64,000 bases of DNA. Origin: the human T2T-CHM13v2.0 reference genome, Homo sapiens. This document shows, in pieces, positions 1 through 16,469 of this stretch; within the stretch, counting starts at the first letter, position 1, and the number at the start of each line of letters is the position of its first letter. Below the pieces are notes generated by a model. That model saw only the letters and a list, made by a program, of their open reading frames with translations. It was not told the origin of the DNA and made no database searches. The position numbers and the translations under genes are program-made. The stretch lies in assembly GCF_009914755.1 (NCBI RefSeq), contig NC_060934.1; one strand, given 5' to 3'.

Positions 1-1402
1 AACCAGAAACAATAATTTCAAATGAAACATCATGATGAGAATATCTTCAGAATATTTTACTCTGTTTCTAAGGAAATGTGGGTGAGTCCTACATTACTGA
101 AAGTGGTCTTCGTTTTCTCCAAATATGCTATTTTCAGAAATAAGAAAACGTAAAGCTCAGTAAAACACTGTAATAAAAAGTATGATATTTAATGTAAACT
201 CATTCAGAGTAATCGTGTGAACATGGTTCTATTTCTGTCTATGTCTATACATCATCACCCTAATGCCAGTAAATTTATTTTAAACTAAATATTGGTCTCC
301 TGAGGCAGAGGTAATACAATAATAATAATTTAGAAAAAAATTTACATTTTAACACTGCCACTTTTTCATAATAGTGCTATTTTTCCCTACATAATGCAAA
401 AACACAGACAAATCCAAAAAGCATATTTGTGCCTTAAATTGGGGCAAAATAGAGCTTTTTTTTCTCAAACATGGGATAGTAAGAAGAGCTTTCATCTTAA
501 ATTCTTACAGTTAGTTGAATTGTTTACACCAACATTGCATTTTTATAAATAGCTTCTCTTTGTTTCTTAAAAATACTAGAATTTCATGTTGCATTTTTTG
601 ACAGCTTTATCGTCTGTAATAGTCATGTTTAGAAAAGACCTGGCAGGTGAACAAATACAGCCAACAAGAAGTAGAAAGACAAACATTATTAAGAGGTTTT
701 TGACAATTTTTACAGAGAAAAATATTTTATAAAAGACAACCCTGTTCACATTTTAGAGCTAGTCTTCATAAGTGTCTAATACAACACTGGATGATTGTAG
801 GCATAGTTTTTCACTTAAGTATTAATAGAAATAATTTATTACTAAAATATTCATTTATTTTTAAATTTAAGTTAGAAAGAAGTTTGCTGCTTTCTGATAT
901 GAAATTTTGAAGCTCAGGAACCAATTTTTTTTCTTTGAGAACACATCTCTGAAATTACAGTGTCAGTCAATGAGAAATATGGCTTGATATTCAAAGAGCA
1001 TAAAATCTGATTTATATATGACTTTTAAGAATGTCTTCTTGTATAAAGTAATATATATTTACTTATTCTATGAATGCAGTGATTTATACTATACTGCAGG
1101 ATTTACTATGAGATATTTATCATATCTTTGCCTATATACATAAAGGCAAAGTGGAAAATGTTTTCAAATGCTATTGATTTCCATCCAGACTTAATGAAAA
1201 GCCTGACCTTCTGAAAACAGACTTATTATCACTACTTCCTTATTAGCTGTTATACACTATTTCTTCTTTCAAGTGTTATCGTCTGTTTAGCTTGGCATTA
1301 GCAAAGGCAATAATCATTACTTTTAGTTGTTCCCCATGTTAAAACTTTTTTAAGGCCACTATCATAAAAGCAATATCAAAAGCAAAATTCCCTAAATATA
1401 GA

Positions 1403-1802
1403 ATATAGTTTGGATGTTTTCTCCCCTCCAAATCTCATGTTGAACTGTGATCCCCAGGTCCGTTGAAGGTGGGTCCTGTTGGGAGGTGTTTGGATCATGG
1501 CAGGTGGCTCCCTCATGAATACCTTCGTGCCTTCCCTGCAGTAATGAGTTCATGTGAGAGTTGGTTTTTAAAGGGCCTGACACTTCACCACTCACTCTCT
1601 TGCTCTCTCTTTTGCCATGTGATGCACAGGCTCCCACTTTGCCTTTCACCATGATTGGAAGTTTCCTGAGGCCTCACCAGGAGCAGATACTGGCACTATA
1701 TTTCTTATACAGCCTGTAGAACTGTGAGCTAAATAAACCCCTTATCTTTATAAATTATGCAGTCTCAGGTATTCCTTACAGAAACTCAAATGGACTAACA
1801 CA
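1403..1802 (+). mobile_element. MaLR solo LTR, MSTA/MSTB-like
   Basis: Begins atatagtttggatgtttt...ccaaatctcatgttgaa and ends aaatggactaacaca; internal aataaacc poly(A) region typical of MST LTRs. Confidence 0.85.
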
Positions 1803-2879
1803 ATATTTTTAATGGAAAGAAATGTGAATGGCTTTATGAGCACATTAGTTCTCATACAAATACAAAACATATAGCTTAAATATGAAAAAAGTAATAAGTA
1901 AATATCATTATTAATAGGTAATAATTTAAGAATTCCACAGTGAAGAACTCCTTCATTACACATCAATGTGTACCATAGGAACCACAGATAAGGTGGCAAC
2001 TAGAACAAATCTCTTCAAATTAGTAACTAATCTTTCAAAATCTGTTATTAGGTAAAAATATAATAATTGTATTTCAAGTATTACATTGACTTTGCTTAGA
2101 TTAAAATCACACATATGAGACAACTGCATAATCTGAAATATAAATTTAGGGAGAATGAGCTACAAATAAACACTAAGATAGTGAGAAAGATAGTAGGGAA
2201 TTGGACAAAGATATTCCAGTTTATACAAGCCTGAGATTAAGTATGCCAACTTGCCTTAGATTCTTGAAATTTATACTTTATCATCGTATGCACTGTATCT
2301 TTGCAAAGCAATAAAAGTGTGTAAGGAACCAAGAATGACATAAGTCTGCTAGGATATTTTTTATATGCCACGTGTCTTGCTATAAACTTCCTTCAAATAA
2401 TTCTGATTGTAACAAAAATATCATTTTAATTGTTTTCAATATTTTATGAAGTTGTAAAATATTCCCAAGGAATGATTATCAGACAAATACTTGGCTCTGT
2501 GCTCTCTTTAGAGCAGTTTTCCACCTTGGGAAACTGCTTTTGAGATCAGCAAAATAAAACTGCTGATATTTTTAGAGCCCATACAGTAATGTTTAGAGAA
2601 GTTTTCTGGTTTCTTTTTGGATACAGGTACCCCAGAATTATTTAAAGTAATATTCATAAAAGGACTGACTTATGATATTTAATATAAAATGAAAGTAATT
2701 TATATTAGAGTATATAAAGTATAGTGAATATTCAAAAAGCTCCAATACATTCTGTCTCCTTCACACTTGTTTTTAGTTCTGAAACTAATACAAGGATTTA
2801 GAAAATAGGACTTTATGCAATATAAACCACCTAGCTAGTATATTAATATATTATAATTTTTAAATATTAATTATTAAAA

Positions 2880-3380
2880 ATTATTTACTGCCTTCATTAT
2901 GCCAAGCACTCTTCTAAGCACTGAAGAAATGCAATGATCAAAACACATACAATTATGCTATCTTGGAATTTACAGTCCATGAGGAGTAAGTGAGGAGAGA
3001 TAAACAATAAACGAGGAAACAAGCAAATACAGAATATGTCATGTACGGATTTTGGTTGTGATGAAATATAAATCACGTAAGGAAGGAAATGGTGGTGCAG
3101 GTGTTGAGGGCAATATTTCAGATGCTATGAGAAAACAGGTCTCTCTGTGAAGGTTTCATTTCAGCAGAGAGCTGAATGAAATCAAGGTAAAAGGCATGCT
3201 GATCATTAGGGAACAGAGTGTTCGTGTAAAGTGCAATAATGAAATTGAAAAGGTCTAACTTGATGTGGTTTGGGGTACCCGAAGAGCAGCAAGATGACTA
3301 GTATGGCTGAAGCAAAGAAGCAATGCATGGTAGAAAATTATCTCAGAGAGGTCACTAGAACAAATACACTGATCTGTTTG
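2880..3380 (-). mobile_element. L2 LINE 3' fragment (degenerate)
   Basis: atttactgcc...tatgccaagcactcttctaagcactg...ggaatttacagtcca resembles the reverse complement of the L2 3' end; boundaries approximate. Confidence 0.65.
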
Positions 3381-6300
3381 CAGTGAATTGATTCTTAAAA
3401 TTTTAGTAATTATGATGTTATATTTACTCTATTAGACAATGTGACAAGAAGAATGGATCATTAAAGAGGCATAAGTGGAAAACACCTGTTTCAAGATATG
3501 TAGTGCTATGATAACACCAAGGGAATACATTTGAAAGCATTAGTTTGCAGCTGCAGATGTAATGAGTTTCTCTAATATTACTTCTTTGTAAGTGAAAAGG
3601 AGCTGAGAAAATTAGATGACAAAAATTCTAAAAATGTTAAAGCAACAAAGGTAAATGTAATTAGATGTGAGGAATGTTCAACTGCCAACTGGCAGTATAG
3701 CTGTACTTGAAAGAAATTGATGGACCATCTAACAGTTCTAGTCCCTTATATTCCAGCAGCCACTTCCTGAAAAAATATTCAGTTGGGAAGAAAGTTAGAT
3801 ACCAGGATCTGTCTTTCAAGATGAAGCTTCTTGAAACTTCTTCTCTCAACATTGTAGTTTAAACGGAAGTTTGAAATAATTACAAGTTTTCAATAATTCT
3901 ACTACATTTCTTTATTGTATATTAGGGAATTCTGTCATTTGCAACAACACAGATTCCATCAAATTTTATGATCTCATTGAAAAGCTGCTATATTTGAAAA
4001 TAATCAAATGTAAAAGTCTATTTCAAAGCTTTTGACATTTTAACTGTTTATCAAAAGAAAATTCGAATTAGTAATAATTTTCAGATTCAATATCAAATTA
4101 TGTAATAACTCAGCATATACTTCACACTAAGCCAATAAGGTATGCTTACTGTTTTGATGTGTTTTTATTTGATGGCATATCCTGCTAGACTCAAAGTCTG
4201 ACCCATTTTCTGTGTAAAACAATGTATGGTCTATGATGTTTCCATTTCTTATCTGAAAGCAATGATTTGTAACATTGCTTTATTTATTGTATATTATTAT
4301 AACGTTTCTTTTAAATATATTAATATATAAGCTAATATTCATGTTACCACCATTAAATGAAAAACATGCTAGGTCATAGTGTGGTATCCTTATTAATATA
4401 ACATAATATTTCTGTAAAATTTGAAATTTATTCTTGGTTTTATTGTCACAAAAAAACCACAATGAAGAATGAAACAACTGCTTTCAGAGCCAATATATTC
4501 ATCCAACATTTTCACTCTAAGACCCAATCAACATTCTTTGGTCTTTAAATGTTAATGTGTGCACTGTCAAATGATTCCTTAGTCATGAGTTTTAGCAAGT
4601 TATAACTGGATAGTTTTCTCTATTACAGAACTTTTTTGAGTCTGACATACCATATATACAATATGACAATGAAATAGTGGTAATTCGTAGGTTTCTCTGA
4701 ATGAACATATTTCTATGTCCTTGAAACACTATTCCATGGAGCAGAGCATGGGAAAAGATGTTTCTGTACCACAATTTCTAGAGACCAGGACATAGATCTT
4801 AGTATCCTAACCTCTTCCCTCTTAGAGCCTTCCTTTCACAGAGTAGGCAATCAACTTTAGAACTATCAATGAATATCACAAAACAATGTCAGAGTATTGC
4901 TTTCCAAGCCTCCTGCTATTGGCAACATGAAGGATAATGTAGGTAGGCAGTGGGGAATATTTTATTTTCCCCTTTATAATCTGAAATCTACTAGTGGACA
5001 GCAAATATATAAAATTTTTAAACTTGGAATCAAGTCACACCTTAGTTTCAGGGTGCCAATTATCACAAACTGTAAAACTCTATACTTTTAATGAGAAAAG
5101 AAAGAAAAATATGGTGATAGTATTTTTGACAGAACCAACAATATAATAGACAATAAAGATTTTATGTCCCTGAGTCAAATGCAGCTGCTGCAAGAACCTG
5201 AAAACTCTATGAGGGTGGATATTATACTAAGGAAACCTGGGGAGGATAATAGTTTATCTATCTTCTTATTGTTATATTTCTGGCTCCCTTTATAGGACCT
5301 CATTAATAATAGACTTTTAGTAACATCTCTTGATGGTTGAACCTAGAAAATGTATGATTATTTTCAACATAGTTATCTCTATATATACTTTCAAATAGGA
5401 AGCAAAGTAGTAATAAAGTGTATAATTCCTTCAAATTATTTCAACTCAGAGCTTTTACTCACAAAAATCAGAGCTCTTCCTTGGCTCTCTTATTTGACCT
5501 CTGGTCCTAAGGATTGCAGTGGAAGCAGTTAACCTCCATCTATAACACATGATCTGAATCAGTTTAGTAATATTGATTTCTGTAACTTCCCACTTATTAA
5601 TATATAAAAGTGTTATAGTCACATTGGTCCAAATTTGACATTTCCAGAATACTTCCAGTTTTTGGTTAATATGTCAAATTTGTAATCTTATAAGGACTTA
5701 AGGCCCATCCTTACAATCAGAGGTAAAAAAAGACAAATAATGTTTTCATAGAAAACCGTGCAGATTCAGTTATTGCCAGAAAATACCCAACACATAAAAT
5801 TTTGCCAAATAAAAGTGTATGTTTTTTCAAAAGTCTATTTTCCAATGTTTGAGGTGGGGACAATAGACTTGGTAGCCAAATGATACCATTAATTCAACCC
5901 CATACTGGAAAACAACAAAAAATAATTTTTAGAGAAAACTTATGTCCTTAGTTTGTAACGAAGTGTCTATAAAAGACTAGTCTTTCAGAGTAGATTTATT
6001 TCTAATTGAAAAGCTAAATTATCAACAAATGTTAACATTTTATAAGTGGTAATTGCCACTTACTATTTAGTTGTCAAATGTGCATGTCCGCAGTGCATTC
6101 CTCTCCAAGATGCTATTGTCATTTTCTGAAAGTACCAAAAACACATTGCACTTTAATACTGTTAGACACTTGGAGGAAATTCACGAACAATTCCCTTTGG
6201 ACTAGCAATGAAATACCACACTTGAATATCAGCCTTACTTCTTCAAGGTACTTAGAAAAGGTCATTCATTCAGAAAGAACAAAACCAAATAAAGTTAGAT

Positions 6301-6463
6301 ACTCTCTGAGAGGAGGCTTGCTTTGATAGTTGTATTCACATCTTTACCAATTAACATGCTCTAGAATGGGGCATCCACGTGTGGTATGCTTCACGATGAA
6401 CCGTTCACTTTCACTCTATTCACCACCTCACTGAATACTCTTAGTTTATTTGAGTTGAATATT

Positions 6464-6890
6464 CAGTTGACTCTTGAACAACGTGGGGGTTGCTGCCTAT
6501 TGTGCAGTCCAAAATTTGCATATAACTTTTGACTCCCCCGAAATTTAACTGCTACTAGCAGTTAATAGATAATAGTTGACTGGAAGTCGGTGATAACATA
6601 GTGAATTAACAAATATTTTTCATATCATATGTATTATTAATATATACCATATTATTAAAGGTTAGAAAATGTTACTAAGTAAATCATAAGGAAGAGAATA
6701 ATGTATGTGCTGATAATTAAGTGTAAGTGGATCATCATAAGGGTCTTCGCCCTTGTCATCTTCACACTGAGCAGGCTGAGGAGAAAGAGGAAGGGCTGGT
6801 CTTTCTGTTTCATGGGTGGCAGAGGTGAAAGAAAATCCACACATAAGTAGACTCATTCAGTTTGAACTCGTATTGTTTAAGGGTCAACTG
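6464..6890 (-). mobile_element. Tigger2a/MER28-like TcMar DNA transposon (non-autonomous)
   Basis: Terminal inverted repeats cagttgactcttgaacaa ... ttgtttaagggtcaactg, TA on the right flank; the minus-strand reading gives the acidic transposase tail QCEDDKGEDPYDDPL. Confidence 0.85.
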
Positions 6891-7342
6891 TATTACACTT
6901 TGTGATAAGGATAATGTGTGTTGCATGTTTGATGTAATGCTACATGGAAATGAATACTCCCAAATGGGGTAATGGTCAAATTTTCTGAAGGATTTGTAGC
7001 AAGATTAATAAATTTCATCCATCCACAAAATGTTTTTAGTTTCAAATCAATATGAACCATTAGAAAAAAGTAGATGTGCTTGATGATTAAATGAATTTTG
7101 TAATAAACTTTCATTTGTATACCAAAACCAAAATAACAGATATCTAAAAAAAAAATGCCTAAAATGAAAACATAGAGTTGGACAAAATAGTGAAAGCAAT
7201 AATATTTACCTGTTTAACTAAAATTCTATTAAAACATGAGTTATTTGCATCTCATCTCCAAAACAAAAATAATTTCTCAAATTCATTGTAATGTCAAACT
7301 ATGTATGTGGGTACATGCTTTGAAGTATAATATATTTTACTA

Positions 7343-7680
<338 letters not shown>

Positions 7681-8569
7681 AGAAGTGATTTGAATTCATA
7701 TTTAAACTTGGCCAAAATTTATTTTCAGATTTTATTTGTACATACACAAACATATAAAGGTTTAGAAAAATTTTTAGATCTTTACATTTATGCAGTTGTT
7801 ATATAACTAATGTCAATTTTAATATTATACTAAATTCTGTGGAGATACCTGAAGAAAAAGAAAGAATAATTATTTTAAGTCAACTATGTATTTATACTAC
7901 AACTATTTATTCCAGCCCTACCCTCCAGAACTTATTAGTTTACTTAAAATCATGTAAATTATTATCAGTAACTATTTTGAAGACTTTTTATGGCATTGTT
8001 TTATATAAAAACGAAAAACACTGTTCTTATGGGTAACCACCATATTCCTGGTAAAAGACAAAAAATAAAATATATTGAAAATTGAAAAGAGTCAGTTAAC
8101 ACTGGTTTCAACAGAAATTAATTTTGGAGATAAAGTCTAATGTTAAATTCACCTTGGTGATCAATCCACACAACCTATGGCTAACAGCATTCTTAAATGT
8201 GAATTCAGTTGTTAATTTGCTGACATCTTTTATATAAAAAAATAAGAATCATAATGAATCTTTTCACAGTAGTAAATTAAATGATTTGAATTTCTGAACC
8301 CTTCAGAAAGGAGAAATTTAACTTTTAAAACGTCCATCTTTTAATTAAGAAAGGTTAAAGTTAGGAGAGAGAGAGAGAGAGCAACTGTTACTTTTCCAGT
8401 CCCTGGATTTAACCATAACAATTGAAAGTGAAAAATTTCTAAAAGTTTCTAAAATTTGTTTAACCTTAAGAACCAAAACAGGTAAGGTTAATATACCCAT
8501 GGCTTTAAAAAAATTACAAATACTTCTGAATGTTTTAAATTGCCTCTTTGTCTAATTAAGCCAGGTTGA

Positions 8570-8932
<363 letters not shown>

Positions 8933-9042
8933 TGAAACACAGTATTTTAAAGTGATAATTCCCAATGTGTCATTCATTATATTTAGCTGAATTATACCAA
9001 CCGCACTTTCATTGACGTTGATTTTAGTTTTAATTCAATGTG

Positions 9043-9410
9043 TGTATTAGTTCGTTCTCACACTGCTAATAAAGATATACTCGAGACTGGGTAATTTATA
9101 AAGGAAAGAGGTCTAATTGACTCACAATTCCACATGGCTGGGGAGTCCTCACAATCATGTTGGAAGGGGAAGGGGGAGCAAAGTCACATCTAACATGGTG
9201 GCAGGCAAAAAAGATAGTGTGCAGGGGAATTCTCATTTATAAAACCATCAGATCTCGTGAGACTTATTCACTATCATGAGAACAGCAGGGGGAAGATCCA
9301 CCCCCCTATGATTCAATTACCTCCCACGGGTTCCCTCCCATAGCATGTGGGATTTATGGGAGCTACAATTCAAGATGAGATTTGGGTGGAGACACAGCCA
9401 AACCTTATCA
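9043..9410 (-). mobile_element. THE1 (B/C-like) MaLR solo LTR
   Basis: tgtattagttcgttctcacactgctaataaag ... cacagccaaaccttatca; perfect 5-bp TSD atgtg at 9038-9042 and 9411-9415. Confidence 0.92.
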
Positions 9411-10141
9411 ATGTGAAAATAGAAGAATATGCACAAGCTCTTGATGTTAGTTCTCCATTTTAAGCATGTTTATTTTTTCAAACTTTTGTGGTTTTGGAAC
9501 AAAAGAGAATTGTTAATACTTGTTAATTTAATAACAATTTTTTATATAGCATATGTGAACTATAGTTACTGAATTTAGAATTTCAAAAGAAACAGTAAAT
9601 TACACAGAAATATCTGATTGTATTACTATCACAAATCTCCAATTCGAAATACTTTTAGATGAGTAACAATATAAAAGTACTATAAATGTACTTTAGACGT
9701 TTCAGTAGCTAGATGACACAATTATCATAGAAGTGAGGGTTTTTAAATGATTTCAAAAGCATTATTAGTGTAACGCTTCAAACATCAGCTCCTTCAGGGA
9801 GTAATTCCTGATTAGTTCCATACTCTCCCTTGGATCACCTACTTGTACAACTCATCTCTGTAACTGTCCTTAACTACTCATCTCTGTAACTGTCCTTAGC
9901 TAAAATTTTTATATGATTTCTTTAAGTGACTTTCTGTTCCTCAAGATTCTAACTAGACACTGTCTTATGTTTTTTCTAAGCAACTTTGTTGTATGAAGTG
10001 GCAAAATTAGGTATTATGGAAGGAAGCAAAAATATATGTAGCTAATATTACTGGATGATTAAGATCTCAGAAAAAAAAGATGTCAAAAATATTTATGATC
10101 ATGGCAGCAAACATTATGCTAGGAATTGTAATCAATATTAA

Positions 10142-10570
<429 letters not shown>

Positions 10571-10733
10571 ACATATTGTTGTTTTATATGCACACACGTG
10601 AATTTATATAAATAACATTTTGTTATATACTTCATTTTCTTAACTATTTTCACTACACACTATGTTTTAAGACCTATATGTTTTTCTGTGTATTCATTAT
10701 TCATATAACTCACCCATATCCAATGGCTTCTAA

Positions 10734-11076
<343 letters not shown>

Positions 11077-11751
11077 ATTACGATGGCTTTTACCTGAAAA
11101 ATCCTCAAGTGTTCATACACATCTATGAAACAAAATCTATTTCTAATCTAATAGGAAAAATGGCTCATTTCTCACCACCTTCCATTGCCTCTAGCCGATG
11201 TTCTTCTATTCAGCATCAGACTGCATCTTCACAGGCTATTGTCCTGAGGAATGTTGTACTGGAAGCTGGTGGCTGATTTAGTATAGGCCATACATTGTTG
11301 AAGTTCATGAACCATCACAGATGGAAAACTCAAATTTCCATCAAGAAAGAGGAAATAGTTCTCCCCCTTTTTCCTTTTCCTCTATGTGAAAACCACAATG
11401 AGATACGTTGCTTATCCAATTCTCTGAAGATGCAACTTAATCAGGAGTCAGTGATTCCTTTGGAATCCAAAAATGTACTAAAATTTTATACAATATTTTG
11501 AATGTACATAATACGCATTTTTGCCTAATTGTCATTGAATCTTTACCCTATGGCCATATATAGAGTCAGCAGTGCTTTTAGGAAAGTAAACATACAGGAG
11601 ACTTTTTTAAATGTTTAGTTTATGACTTGGTACTGTGTGAAATAATCAAGGACAAAATATTTCCAAAACTAAACTAATTTTTGAACTAAGTAATAGCAAA
11701 AATAGAAAATAAATAAAATATATAACAGAAAATGCTAATATTCAGAAAAAT

Positions 11752-11858
11752 ATGCATTTATAACTGGATATCTATTTAGATTGAAAATGTTTAATTTTCA
11801 TTGAAACATTGAAAATGTTTAATTTTCAATCTAAATAGATATCCAGTTATAAATGCAT
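11752..11858. repeat. Perfect 37-bp inverted repeat with 33-nt spacer
   Basis: atgcatttataactggatatctatttagattgaaaat (11752-11788) is the exact reverse complement of 11822-11858. Confidence 0.95.
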
Positions 11859-12256
11859 TTCAACTGCTGACTACCTAAGTATGAAGGAGGTCTATTTGCT
11901 CTGTTTTTTTTAAATGTAAATTTTGCTTCTATCTTAGCATGTTGCTTTTCTTTTCTGCACATAAGTGCAAATATTTTCAATAGTGGACTGCATCACATAT
12001 ATCCCAAAAATACGTGAAATGATTATGAGTCAATTTAAAATCTCTGAAAATTAAAACTTAATTTTAGTTCCTTGATGTATTAAGGTATATTAATAAAAGA
12101 TAAAAGTAGAAGACATTTATTAGACAACTGTCTGAAGGACCTGGTATATGGACTTCTGCATAAAAAGACTGAAGGTCCAGTAATTAAATAAGAAATCCAC
12201 TAAAGTCTAACACACACATACATGCGTGCACACACACACTGTTACACATGTGGGCA

Positions 12257-12386
12257 ATTTTTTTTTGGAAGGAGGCATGGGGAACCGATTCTTGCTCTGT
12301 CACCCAGGCTGGAGTGCAGTGGCACAATCTCGGCTCACTGCAACTTCCGACTCCTGGGTTCAAACAATTCTCCTGCCTCAGCCTAC
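12257..12386 (-). mobile_element. Partial Alu (3' part of right arm)
   Basis: T-tract then tcttgctctgtcacccaggctggagtgcagtggcacaatctcggctcactgcaac...cctcagcct; homology stops abruptly. Confidence 0.9.
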
Positions 12387-12997
12387 CAAGGACCTGCGAT
12401 TATATGCCACCATGTAATGGTGGAATGTAATTGGGGAATCCTGATCACTACCTTTAAAAAGCATTCTCTGTCCTGTGCCTATGCTAATCGTGTGGACACG
12501 GAGGCCTCCACCACTTCTCATCCCAGTGGTGCCTGAGAAAGTGTCCGGGTTCCACCCACAGGTGCAAGAATGGCTTCCTCCTCAAAGCCGTGCTGTACTG
12601 TGCAACCAATCTAGAATCTCATAAAGTCTCATCCCTGCTGAGAAGCTCATCCAGTCATCCATGAGCAACAGTTTCTAAATAGTGGCCCTTGCTTGTCTTT
12701 CTTTAATCCTAAAAGTGCTGAGAAAATAATCTACCATGCAATTTATCCTCCTGAGCATTCCTAGGATCGCCTTCCCCAACAGAAACTGCTCCTTTCTTCT
12801 TGAGTTATAAAAGAAAGGTCTATATGCACATTTCTTAATGTAATCAGATACAATTTTTAGACCAGAAGAGTAAAAAGGAATTGGGATTATTATGTGCCTT
12901 ACCTTGCATATGTCTATGTTGGCAGATAAAATATAGGGCCATATAAATATCTCCCTAAAAAAATAGTGGTTGATCTGAAATTCAAACTGGCTATTCT

Positions 12998-13004
12998 GTA
13001 TGTG

Positions 13005-13053
<49 letters not shown>

Positions 13054-13057
13054 TTTT
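12998..13057. repeat. (TG/TA)n plus poly-T microsatellite
   Basis: Directly visible. Confidence 0.95.
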
Positions 13058-13783
13058 GCTATATTTGATGAACCTAGCCTTAATAAGAAAGGGAACCACA
13101 GGTCAGCCAACCACAAAAATCCTTCTTAAATCTGTAATCATTTGAAAATGTGGCTTCGAATAAATAATTTATTAATTAAATCCATAGGCAGCAGTTATCC
13201 CAAAATGGTCACTTTATTAATGTGATATGAACAGAAAGAGTTATTGATGAATATTTCACTAATGATCCAAAATCATATTGAAAATTAAATGCAGATGTTA
13301 GATTTTGATAGTTTAAATACGTAATTGCCATTAATATATTCACAAAATATTATTAGGAATTTAAAATCCTTTTTATTAAGTTATCATGATGAAATTGTCA
13401 TAAATTAAGCTATGGATAGCAAATTCCTTCTCCATAAATTTTTGACCATCACTTTCATAACATCAAGATTTATTTACATTTTTCCTACCATCAATCTTTA
13501 CTTCATTATAAAATGCGGTGCTCTTCTAATTAAAACATGAATCTCCATGACTGATTAAAATGGAATTATAAAAATTTAACATTCACTCTGATAATTTTGC
13601 ACATTAATCACGGTGCAAACTAATGAGTACAATGGGCATTAAAACTAATCACATGATTATAGTAAAATAAAAATATTGAGGCCACAGATTAAAGTTTTCA
13701 CAGGAAGAATTATGCAAGTGTAAAGTGTTTGTATCTTTAACTCATTCCATTAATTTATATAGCTTCAATAGAATATAACATGA

Positions 13784-14234
<451 letters not shown>

Positions 14235-14296
14235 TAAAAAGATTCAGAAAATTTTAATAAATATATTTTGAAAAGTAATATTTTATATATATACAA

Positions 14297-14586
14297 TTTT
14301 TTTGTTTGTTTCAGACGGGGTCTTGCTTTGTCACCCAGGCTGGATTGCAGTGGCGTGATCTTGGCTCACTGCAGCCTCCACCTCCCAGGCTGAAGTGATC
14401 TTCCCACCTCAGCCTCCCCAGTAGCTGGGACTACAGGGTCATGCCACTGTGCTTGGCTAATTTTTTAAAAAATATATTTTGTAGATATGAGGTCTCACTA
14501 TATTGTCCAAGCTGGACAATAACTCTTGTGCTCAAAAACTTTCCTGCTTTCAGCCTCCCAAAGTGCTGGGCTCCACCGCACCCACC
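14297..14586 (-). mobile_element. Alu (AluJ-like)
   Basis: gcagcctccacctcccaggctgaagtgatcttcccacctcagcctcc J-type diagnostics; small deletion near the head. Confidence 0.9.
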
Positions 14587-14792
14587 TTAAATCATTTTTT
14601 CTAAAAATAAATACTTTTTTATTATTTTCAGAGATGAAGTTTGCCTGATCTTACATCTGCTAGATGTCTTGAAAGTCAAGTCTCACCAGATGAGTGGGAG
14701 AAAAATCACATAAGCCTAAATAGTATATGTAAAAAAGTGTCAGCATTGGAATTTTAATTCTGGAAGTTTCCTTAAAAAAAAAAAATCAATTA

Positions 14793-15094
14793 GGCCAGGC
14801 ACGGTGGCTTAAGCCTGTAATCCCAGCACGTTGAGAGACCGACCTGGGCAGATCACGAGGTCAAGAGATCGAGACCATCCTGGCCAACATGGTGAAACCC
14901 CTTGTCTACTAAGAATACACAAATTAGCTAGGCGTGGTGGTGGGTGCCTGTAGTCCCAGCTACTTGGGAGGCTGAGGCAGGAAAATTACTTAAACTCCGG
15001 GAAGCAGAGGTCACAATGAGCCGAGATCACACCACTGCACTCCAGCTTGGGTGACAGAGCAAGACTCTGTCTCCAAAAAAAAAAAAAAAAAAAA
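14793..15094 (+). mobile_element. Alu (AluSc-like)
   Basis: gatcacgaggtcaagagatcgagaccatcctggccaac diagnostic; TSD aaaatcaatta on both sides. Confidence 0.95.
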
Positions 15095-15812
15095 AAAATC
15101 AATTAAAATCCCAGGGCTTCAGCTTTCTCATCTCTAAAATAGATACAAGTATGTAGACACACATATAGATAGATATAAATATCTTATATTTATTATTAGG
15201 ATTTTGTTGAAGATCACAGTTGGATCGATTTTAAACTTGGTAAAATGTTAGGCTATAAATACAAAAGTAATTATTGTATTAGCACATAAATTATATGTAG
15301 ATGAATAAATCATAGGCACTTGAAAGTAGTATTTGAGTAATATATAGTTTTTTTTTAATCCCTGGAAAATTTTGACATCATTAATTTGTTAAGTAAACCC
15401 TTCTTGCTCAGTAAATTTTTTCATATTCTATTCAGATAATGGAGAATTATAAATTAATCTATATTATTAATACTATATAAAATTAATTCCTTATATGTAT
15501 ATTTATGGAATTATTGTAGCCTTTTTTCTTCCTTCCTGTAAAGAAGAATAACTCTTTGCAAATAACCTAAAAATTATGATCCTACAGCCTCACGGGATTA
15601 CTGGGGATTGTTTTGTTCACTCTTCCTGGGGGTAAAAAATTACATGGATAACAGAGACTAATGTTCTTGAAGAAAATCAGTGCTTCCCTGGCATTTCAGG
15701 AATCAAATTCTCAGCTATATCTTCTTTTAAAGATTCAGAACACTATAAACACTTTTTCATTAGATGCCAAACTTCTGTTACAACACTTCACTGCTCTAGA
15801 AATAAATTTTCT

Positions 15813-16228
<416 letters not shown>

Positions 16229-16469
16229 TTAATTTTAAATAGAATGGAAACATCACAACTCAGGATAATTTGCTTGTCAAATTATACATAGAACTACTGT
16301 TCTGCCAGGCAATTGTTGATCTTAATCTGCTGTTTTCACCGTATGGGGTCTCTATATAGGATGAATCTCCACATTTTTGGTCTAAATGTAAAAGACTCTA
16401 TCCAGCTCTCACTTATGTGTATGAATTCAGCCTAATCTGTTTGGAAATCATCATCATCACCATCATCAA

